Origin: Candidatus Harrisonbacteria bacterium CG10_big_fil_rev_8_21_14_0_10_40_38 | GTDB lineage: Bacteria > Patescibacteriota > Minisyncoccia > UBA6257 > 1-14-0-10-40-38 | Direction of reading: 5' to 3' | Assembly: GCA_002773535.1 (NCBI GenBank) | Contig: PFAZ01000002.1 | Coordinates: forward strand, 2,285-66,284 | Length of the DNA: 64,000 nucleotides | In this document: positions 57,276-64,000 of the stretch, piece after piece | How the letters are laid out: each line of letters starts with the position of its first letter | Numbering within the stretch: position 1 is the first letter of the stretch | The notes under the pieces: model-generated | The model's database searches: none | Seen by the model: the letters and a program-made list of their open reading frames with translations, nothing else | What the model was told of the DNA's origin: nothing | Position numbers and translations under genes: made by a program

Positions 57276-57782
57276 TTACCTCATTTTTTCACCAAGCTTT
57301 TTCAGTGCTCTATTCAGCCTTACAGAGACCTTATTCGCATTCGACCCAGTTACATCCGCAATTTCTTTAGGATCAAGATCGTCCACATATCGAAGAGTAA
57401 CAACCGCCCTATCTTCAGGAGAAAGCTCGGAAAGTTTTTCCATAACTTGGCGAGCCATGATTTTATTCTCTACCCCGATCTTCGTATCAGAAGAAGGTTC
57501 CAAGGAAGGAGATTCTTCGATAATATCCTCTAAACTCAATTCCTTTTTCTTTCTCGATTCATCAATAATCAGGTTATTAGCTACCTTGTATAAAAAGGCT
57601 CTCATGTTTTCAACTTTTCCGTCTTTTTGAGAAACATAGTCCCACGCTTTCATAAAAGTTTCCTGCATAAGCTCTTCTGCTCTCGATTTTGAAAACACAC
57701 GAAAAAAACAATGCCTAAATATCGGCTCAGCATATTTATCATAGCTTTCTAAAAATAATTGCATTTCGGGTTTTTCTGACAT
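57276..57782 (-). CDS. ECF-family RNA polymerase sigma factor (sigma-24 type)
   Basis: 168 aa; region 2 ...ETFMKAWDYV... and region 4 ...EIADVTGSNANKVSVRLNRALKKL... Confidence 0.85.
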   Translation of the reverse strand: MSEKPEMQLFLESYDKYAEPIFRHCFFRVFSKSRAEELMQETFMKAWDYVSQKDGKVENMRAFLYKVANNLIIDESRKKKELSLEDIIEESPSLEPSSDTKIGVENKIMARQVMEKLSELSPEDRAVVTLRYVDDLDPKEIADVTGSNANKVSVRLNRALKKLGEKMR

Positions 57783-57965
57783 AGATGACGATTGATTAGT
57801 GAAATTCTTACACTCTATATATATCTAAAACGAGTCCTATAAAAGCATCAATACAAAAATATAGCAACTCATACAAGAAATTAAACCTGTGAAAAGCAAA
57901 AATGTAACAAACTTAACAGAAAGAAATTAGCCTATAAAACAAAAAAAAGTTTATACTTAAAAAAC

Positions 57966-58886
57966 ATGATAACGATATATCAAAAAACAGTTAGTGAAGC
58001 CGAGATAAAAAAAATCGAAACTTTAAAAAATGGCTCACTCCTTATCGTTGAAGATCCTAAAGAGGAAGAAATATCATTCCTTGAAAAAGAACTTTCCCTC
58101 GAAGACAAAAACCTAAGCGATGCCCTTGATCCTTATGAGGTACCTCGTATAGAAAGCGAAGACAATATCGTTTACTTATTTGTACGAGTTCCTAAACAAG
58201 AAAAAGAAAATATCCGAACCATGCCCGCCTTAATAGCAATAGGTGGAAAATATATTGCAGTAATCTCTAAAGAAAAAATATCCGCCTTTGACAAACTCAT
58301 GAACGGCAAAATACCGTTCGCTACCACACAAAAAACTCGCCTTACCATAACACTCCTCTCGGAGATAACCAGAAACTATCGCAAACTACTCACAAACATA
58401 ACCAAACAAGTAAGAAGCGTAAGTACAAAAATTGAGAATATCGACAACAAAGCTATACTCGCATTTGTAGCACAAGAAGAAATTTTAAACGACTTTTTAG
58501 CCGCGTTAATCCCGATGAATGTATCGCTTGAGCGTTTACTAAACGGAAGAATGATAACCCTATATGACGAAGACAAAGAACTTACAGAAGATCTCGTACT
58601 CGATATTAATCAGTTAATTGCGCTCTCGAAGGCAACTCTAAAAACAATTGTAAACATCCGCGAAGCCTATTCAACTATTATTACAAATAATTTAAACAGA
58701 GTAATCAAACTCCTCACTTCGCTCACTGTTATCCTCGCAGTCCCAACCATGATCGCAAGCTTTTACGGCATGAATGTTAATCTCCCGTTTGCGGACAAGC
58801 CATATGCTTTCGCCGGCATATTAGCAGTTGTAACAGGGGTCACCGCCCTACTCCTCATTGTTTTTGGCAAAAAGAAGTGGTTGTAA
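57966..58886 (+). CDS. corA: CorA-family magnesium transporter
   Basis: YGMNV (GMN) motif before the last TM; two C-terminal TM helices. Confidence 0.9.
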   Translation: MITIYQKTVSEAEIKKIETLKNGSLLIVEDPKEEEISFLEKELSLEDKNLSDALDPYEVPRIESEDNIVYLFVRVPKQEKENIRTMPALIAIGGKYIAVISKEKISAFDKLMNGKIPFATTQKTRLTITLLSEITRNYRKLLTNITKQVRSVSTKIENIDNKAILAFVAQEEILNDFLAALIPMNVSLERLLNGRMITLYDEDKELTEDLVLDINQLIALSKATLKTIVNIREAYSTIITNNLNRVIKLLTSLTVILAVPTMIASFYGMNVNLPFADKPYAFAGILAVVTGVTALLLIVFGKKKWL

Positions 58887-58958
58887 AATAGTTTTTTTCA
58901 ATACAGTTTTTAGTCTTTAGTTAGCAGGAGAGTCGCAGACTCTGAGCTTATCGAAGAG

Positions 58959-59029
58959 TCGGGGAGCCGGGAATTGAACCCGGTCTTCACGCACCCGAAG
59001 CGTGCGTACTGCCGGTATACTACACCCCG
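58959..59029 (-). tRNA. tRNA-Pro (anticodon CGG)
   Basis: Hand-folded. C1-G72, A73; D-stem GTAT/GTAC; anticodon stem CACGC/GCGTG; loop UUCGGGU; T-arm CCGGG-TTCAATT-CCCGG. No encoded CCA. Confidence 0.8.
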
Positions 59030-59079
59030 AAATCAAACTTTCCTTATCCTATAGAACACCAGCAAAAAACACAATTGCC

Positions 59080-60603
59080 TTATTCAACAAAGTATTTCTT
59101 TTTAATACCCACATCTATTCTATCCTGCACCGACGCAGCCTTTTTCTTTGCCTGAAGTGAAAGATCATCCAATTCTTTTTCTGAAAGTTTTGACAATTCT
59201 TTTGCGCGTCTCTCAAGAAACGATTTTTCATTCCTTAAAGGATCATCGAGTACATCTTCAAGAAGTATTAATAATATCTTGCCCACTTTCGGCCCGGGTG
59301 GAATATCTAATACCTTCATCAACTCATCTCCACGAAGCGCAATCATTTTCGGATGAATCGGGTCCTGCTGCACTTTTTCAACCATAGCTCGTAAATGTCT
59401 CAAACGATAAGGCTGTGCCTTGGGCACGCCTGATCCAATCCTATCCGCCTCTCTAACCCTGAAAAGATCATCAACATTTTCAGACCCAACCCTTCTCACG
59501 AGCCTTCTTACGCCTGCAAGAGTAACTGCGTCAGGATCATAAACAAACATATGCTCCCGAACCAAAAGAGCCACAGACTGAATTATGTCTTGTGAAAAAT
59601 GAAGTCTGCTAAGCGCCTTTACTGCCATGCGCTCGCCTACAACCTGATGACCATAAAAAGTACTATCCGGGCCATCTCCCTTTTTTGTTTTTGGCTTACC
59701 AACATCATGTAAAAGAGACGCCAGCCTAACCACCAGCGAATAATTTTTCGAAGCAGAATATTTAAGCGCGCGTAAATTATGTTCAAAGACTGTAAAAACA
59801 TGATGTTTATTTTGCAAAACACCTATCCCATCTTCAAGTTCCGGTAAAATATATTTAAGAAGTCCGAAAGAATAAAGCGCCGTAACACCTCCCGCAGCAT
59901 CCGGCGACATTATAAGTTTTACAAACTCATCTCTTATTCTTTCTTTTGCTATCCGCTCGAGCAGATGCGAATTTTTTCGTAATGCATCAGCCGTCTCCTT
60001 TTCGATTTCAAATCCCAGCTCAACAGAAAACCTCACTGCCCTGAGAAGTCTAAGGGCGTCTTCTGAAAATCGTTTTTGGGGATCTCCCACTGCTTTAATA
60101 AGCTTTGCTTCCAAATCATGTTGTCCATTATAGGGATCAATTAACTTAAAATCTCCATCTTTTAATTTTGAACTTTCATTTTGATTTTTGATTTTCGCAT
60201 TTTTAATTTCCAATGCAATAGCATTAACAGTAAAATCTCTCCTACCAAGATCTTCCTCAATAGTATCTGCAAATTTTATCTCATCAGGATGCCTCGCATC
60301 TGTGTATTTTCCCTCCAACCTAAAAGTTGTTACCTCTACGATTTTTGTCTCACCATCACCATCCCCATTATTATCCTCTCCACTCCTTATTTTTACACCA
60401 ACAGTGCCAAAAGAATTTTCATACACACTATCAGGAAAAACTTTCTGCACCTCATCAGGCTTTGCATTAGTAGCAATATCCCAATCTTTCGGCTCCTTTC
60501 CCAAAATCATATCCCTAACACAACCTCCAACAAGGTATGCCTGAAAACCGCTTTCGGTAAGCGTTTTTGCAACAGCGCTAATATCACTCGGGATTTTCTT
60601 CAT
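59080..60603 (-). CDS. cca: CCA-adding tRNA nucleotidyltransferase (Pol-beta-like nucleotidyltransferase head plus HD domain) with a C-terminal extension
   Basis: ...GFQAYLVGGCVRDMILGKEPKDWDIAT...; HD motif LLHDVGKP; 507 aa. Confidence 0.85.
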   Translation of the reverse strand: MKKIPSDISAVAKTLTESGFQAYLVGGCVRDMILGKEPKDWDIATNAKPDEVQKVFPDSVYENSFGTVGVKIRSGEDNNGDGDGETKIVEVTTFRLEGKYTDARHPDEIKFADTIEEDLGRRDFTVNAIALEIKNAKIKNQNESSKLKDGDFKLIDPYNGQHDLEAKLIKAVGDPQKRFSEDALRLLRAVRFSVELGFEIEKETADALRKNSHLLERIAKERIRDEFVKLIMSPDAAGGVTALYSFGLLKYILPELEDGIGVLQNKHHVFTVFEHNLRALKYSASKNYSLVVRLASLLHDVGKPKTKKGDGPDSTFYGHQVVGERMAVKALSRLHFSQDIIQSVALLVREHMFVYDPDAVTLAGVRRLVRRVGSENVDDLFRVREADRIGSGVPKAQPYRLRHLRAMVEKVQQDPIHPKMIALRGDELMKVLDIPPGPKVGKILLILLEDVLDDPLRNEKSFLERRAKELSKLSEKELDDLSLQAKKKAASVQDRIDVGIKKKYFVE

Positions 60604-60684
60604 AGATTACTAATATATAGTGTACGACAAAAATAAAAAAGCCCGCCATACAAGACGAGACAAACATCACAAAAATCAAAATAT

Positions 60685-61167
60685 CTAGCTCCCTTTTACT
60701 TTAAGCTTTGTAGATTTCATCCTATTAAGTTTGGGGAGTTTTATGGTTAAAACCCCGTTCTTTAGACTGGCATCAGCTTCTTCAGCATCAACTTCATGAG
60801 GAAGAACTATTGACCTAGAAAATCTACCCCAATAACACTCCTGATAAATATAATCATCAGATTTAACATGATTCGATCGCTCTCTCTTTCCTTTAATATT
60901 CACCGTCTCTGGCGTAATCGAAATATCAAGATCATCTGCATTAACTCCTGCGATAGGAACTTCAATTATTACTTCGTTCGCAGTTTGATAAGCATCAATG
61001 ATGAGCTCTCCATCACCCACTTCCTGATCATCAGAAATTGCATGATGCGTCCTTTTGGCAACAGACGAAGCCCGCGCAAGATCCGCCTCTGGCTCACTCG
61101 AAACATAAGCAGGCTCTATGCCGCTATTTTTCGAAGCCAATTCCTCAAAAAATTGTTTGTTATCCAT
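60685..61167 (-). CDS. Hsp20/alpha-crystallin small heat-shock protein
   Basis: ...GVLTIKLPK...; alpha-crystallin domain. Confidence 0.85.
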   Translation of the reverse strand: MDNKQFFEELASKNSGIEPAYVSSEPEADLARASSVAKRTHHAISDDQEVGDGELIIDAYQTANEVIIEVPIAGVNADDLDISITPETVNIKGKRERSNHVKSDDYIYQECYWGRFSRSIVLPHEVDAEEADASLKNGVLTIKLPKLNRMKSTKLKVKGS

Positions 61168-61172
61168 ATAAA

Positions 61173-61895
61173 TTAGGCGAAGTCTTCCTGTTTAAATTTC
61201 TCAAAATCATGAAGAAGAATGAAGGTAACTATTACAAGAAATAAAATCGCAAACCTAGCAGGTCCTGATGTAATAATAAGATAGTTAAAAGTAGCATGCA
61301 ATACGGTGGCTGTGAGCAATCCTATACTAACTAAAGAAAATTCCTTACCATGTTTAAGAACAAAAGACCTCGATCCTTTTATAAAAGCTAACGCCCAAAA
61401 ATAACCGACTATTCCGGAGGCTATGCTATGGAGAAGCGTTGCTCCAACAAAACGCATAGTAAGCGTCTCGGCTACCGCAACCTGAAACAAAGAGCCACCA
61501 GCCGCCTGATACAACGATGCAATATTTTCCGCTGCAGCAAATCCCAAACCCGAAACAATCATATAAATCATCGCATGAAGCGGTTCATCAAAAGCCAGTG
61601 TCTTATGAATAAAAAAATAAACAACCGCAAACTTAAACAACTCCTCAACAAAACCCAACGCCAGAAAAGAAGTGAAACTATACTGTGAAACCGAAAGAGC
61701 TTCAAGATTTCGGTTAATTAAAAGCTGAACAGGTAAAACAAAAAACGTCGCTAGACCCCCTAAGAAAAAAGTGGATGCAATAAGCCTCTTTGGTTCAGGG
61801 TGCCTAAAGTCCTCCCTAGTGTAAAACACCAACCACACAAAGCTTGGCAAAAGTCCCAGAGCTATAAGGAGCGTTGTATAGATTATAGATGACAT
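61173..61895 (-). CDS. PrsW-family intramembrane metalloprotease (CAAX-protease-like)
   Basis: EExxK in GFVEELFKF, plus FxxxH and HATFN (HxxxN) motifs. The start is taken at MSSIIYTT (61895) to avoid a 62-nt overlap with valS. Confidence 0.65.
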   Translation of the reverse strand: MSSIIYTTLLIALGLLPSFVWLVFYTREDFRHPEPKRLIASTFFLGGLATFFVLPVQLLINRNLEALSVSQYSFTSFLALGFVEELFKFAVVYFFIHKTLAFDEPLHAMIYMIVSGLGFAAAENIASLYQAAGGSLFQVAVAETLTMRFVGATLLHSIASGIVGYFWALAFIKGSRSFVLKHGKEFSLVSIGLLTATVLHATFNYLIITSGPARFAILFLVIVTFILLHDFEKFKQEDFA

Positions 61896-61902
61896 AAACC
61901 TG

Positions 61903-64000
61903 TCACCAGCTCGCGTCCATAAGAGAGTCATGGCGCTCGCCAGCAAAAACAAATAGCTCACCAAAAGTGCGATAAATAGTATCTGTCACAAATGGCATAA
62001 AAGGATGAAGCAAAACTAATATCCCATAAAAAATCTTTTTCAAAACCAATATTGCAGAATCCCTTTCTGATTTATCACCACCGGATATCCTCGGCTTCAT
62101 CTCCTCAATTATTTTATCAGCAAATGCATGCCAAGCGTAATGGTATAACTCTTCCGCCGCCAAATGAAACTGAAAAGACTCGATATTTTGGGCAACTCTT
62201 TTCTTTAAATCTTCAAATTCATCCAGAAGTTTTTTATCAGAATCAGACAAAGAACCATCTCCGGAAAAATTTCCCTCCCCACTCATAGAAATAAATCTCG
62301 CAATATTCCAAAGCTTGGTCGAAAAATTTCTATATCCCCGAACCCTGTCTTCAGACAATTTAATATCATTACCGGGCGCAGCCCCAATAATGAGAGAAAG
62401 TCTCGTTGCATCAGCTCCATACTTATCCGCCATAAGAAGCGGATCAATTATATTTCCCAAAGACTTAGACATTTTCCTACCTTTATCATCTCTCACAAGT
62501 CCATGTAAATAAACTGTTTTAAAAGGAATATCGCCTAACAAAAAACCACTCATGAGGATCATCCTTGCTACCCAAAAGAAAATAATGTCATAACCCGTCT
62601 CAAGGATACTCATAGGATGAAAAGCTTTTTCCTTTTCCCACAATTTATCGTCATATCCCCAACCAAGAGTTGAGAATGTCCAAAGCCCTGACGAAAACCA
62701 GGTATCAAGAGTATCCGGATCCTGCTCCATCTCGCACTTGCCGCAAAAAGAGCATTTATCGGGTTTCGAAGATGCAATGATCATATCCTTGTCCTTATTT
62801 TTTTCACAATAAAAAACCGGAATTCTATGCCCATACCAAATCTGGCGCGAAATACACCAATCTCTTAAATTTTCTATCCAATGAAAATATATTTTTTCAA
62901 ATCTCTCCGGCACGAGCTTTATCTGACCATTTTTAACCGCCGCAATCATTATCTCTTTTAGAGTTGTTTCCGATCCCAATGGAACACCCTCAATTTTGGA
63001 ATTTGGAATTTGGAATTTGGAATTTACCGATACAAACCACTGTTTCAATATCTGTGGCTCTATTTTTCCTCCTCCCCTGCTGGAAACTGCAACTCTGTGA
63101 GCATATTTCTCATCAATTTTTTCTATTAGCCCTTTTGATTTAAGTTTTTCAACAATAAGCTCTCTGGCTTCAGTTATTTTTTTCCCCTCAAACTCTTCGC
63201 CGGCAATCGGAAGAAGTTTTCCACGCAAATCAATAATCTGCTCTTTTTCCAAATTATGCCTCTCAGCAATTTCAAAATCAGTTGTATCGTGCCATGGCGT
63301 TATTGTCATAACACCGGTACCAAAATCAGGATCAATCGCTTCATCTTTAACAATGGTTGCTATTATTGACCCGTTTATCCATTCAAGCTCTATTTTTTCA
63401 CCATCTTTATATTTTTTATAACGCTTATCACCTGGGTGCATCACAACATATTTATCGCCAAATTTTGTCTCTGGCCTTGCAGTTCCTATCACAAACGGCC
63501 CGTACTTCAAGTAATAAAAAGGCGTTACCTCGTCCTGCCACTCAACTTCATCATCTGAAACAGTAGTCTGCATTTTCGGATCCCAGTTTACTATCCTATC
63601 ACCACGATAAATAAGACCGGCGTCATACATTTTCACAAATGCTTCGCGCACCGCCTTACTCCTATCGTCATCAAAAGTAAACGCCTCCCGACTCCAATCA
63701 AGAGACGCCCCCATGCGTTTTATCTGTTTAACTATGTAGTCATGGCTTTCACTCGCAAATTCATTAACGCGTTTCAAAAACTCCTCGCGTCCCAAATCAT
63801 GGCGATTTTTCTTCTCCTTCTTATAAATTTCTCTCTCTACTTTCTCCTGTGTAGCAATAGCCGCATGATCAGTCCCAGGAATCCAAAGAGTTATGTCACC
63901 CTTCATCCTATGATATCTAGCTAAAATGTCCTGAATCGCAAGCATTTCAGCGTGTCCCATATGCAAAACACCCGTCACATTAGGCGGGGGTAAAACCATA
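61903..64000 (-). CDS. valS: Valyl-tRNA synthetase, C-terminal ~700 aa; the N-terminus lies beyond the window end
   Basis: HIGH-type HMGH and KMSKS motifs; an anticodon-binding domain; no start codon inside the window. Confidence 0.9.
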   Translation of the reverse strand, partial: MVLPPPNVTGVLHMGHAEMLAIQDILARYHRMKGDITLWIPGTDHAAIATQEKVEREIYKKEKKNRHDLGREEFLKRVNEFASESHDYIVKQIKRMGASLDWSREAFTFDDDRSKAVREAFVKMYDAGLIYRGDRIVNWDPKMQTTVSDDEVEWQDEVTPFYYLKYGPFVIGTARPETKFGDKYVVMHPGDKRYKKYKDGEKIELEWINGSIIATIVKDEAIDPDFGTGVMTITPWHDTTDFEIAERHNLEKEQIIDLRGKLLPIAGEEFEGKKITEARELIVEKLKSKGLIEKIDEKYAHRVAVSSRGGGKIEPQILKQWFVSVNSKFQIPNSKIEGVPLGSETTLKEIMIAAVKNGQIKLVPERFEKIYFHWIENLRDWCISRQIWYGHRIPVFYCEKNKDKDMIIASSKPDKCSFCGKCEMEQDPDTLDTWFSSGLWTFSTLGWGYDDKLWEKEKAFHPMSILETGYDIIFFWVARMILMSGFLLGDIPFKTVYLHGLVRDDKGRKMSKSLGNIIDPLLMADKYGADATRLSLIIGAAPGNDIKLSEDRVRGYRNFSTKLWNIARFISMSGEGNFSGDGSLSDSDKKLLDEFEDLKKRVAQNIESFQFHLAAEELYHYAWHAFADKIIEEMKPRISGGDKSERDSAILVLKKIFYGILVLLHPFMPFVTDTIYRTFGELFVFAGERHDSLMDASW
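62995..63022. repeat. Heptanucleotide microsatellite (TTGGAAT)x4 inside the valS coding sequence
   Basis: ttggaatttggaatttggaatttggaat; it encodes ...KFQIPNSKFQIPNSK... in ValS. Confidence 0.6.

Noticed and set aside
61896-61964. Upstream start of the PrsW-like ORF overlapping valS by 62 nt
   Set aside because: The internal Met at 61895 removes the overlap and starts exactly at the first TM helix typical of PrsW proteins.

Overview
The window is a 64-kb, low-GC (~37%), almost fully coding bacterial segment. Its gene content and organisation fit a reduced Patescibacteria/CPR-like genome; that placement is inference from sequence only. The standard genetic code is in use: TGA works as a stop, for example at the ccdA/redoxin ATGA overlap at 46428-46431. 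Most of the window is conserved housekeeping. It includes proS (partial), rseP, frr, mreB, murA, an rpmJ-infA / rpsM-rpsK-rpsD-rpoA-rplQ / rplM-rpsI block, dnaG-rpoD, rpmB, rpsF-ssb-rpsR, rpoB-rpoC, mltG, rodA, alaS, mutM, cca, corA, hsp20, sod and valS (partial). There are three canonical tRNAs: Pro-GGG, Ala-CGC and Pro-CGG. The main non-housekeeping content follows. (1) A 23S-5S rRNA locus on the minus strand with no adjacent 16S. The 23S carries two group I introns encoding single-motif LAGLIDADG homing endonucleases, one of them at the classic I-CreI (2593) site. It also carries a 224-nt insertion at the helix-63 position, closed by a 13-bp perfect stem, that contains two tandem tRNA-like cloverleafs with encoded CCA. 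(2) A small, very basic KKTTK-repeat protein gene preceded by an array of A5-8/T7-8 tracts. (3) An extracytoplasmic thiol-disulfide module (XRE regulator, membrane protein, Met-rich thioredoxin, CcdA, redoxin) with a palindromic operator-like site. (4) A surface-protein cluster: a Gly-rich repeat protein and a ~1250-aa FN3/PT-linker/Cys-repeat protein with a C-terminal membrane anchor. (5) Two tandem C39-like peptidase paralogs. (6) A divergent FtsA/PilM-like actin-fold protein and a bitopic membrane protein sitting immediately upstream of infA. (7) An ECF sigma/anti-sigma pair, with a PrsW-family protease ~3.4 kb away. (8) Structural oddities in core machinery: rpoA without an alpha-CTD, rpoD with a basic N-terminal tail, a 584-aa AlaRS, and a Walker-less delta-prime.
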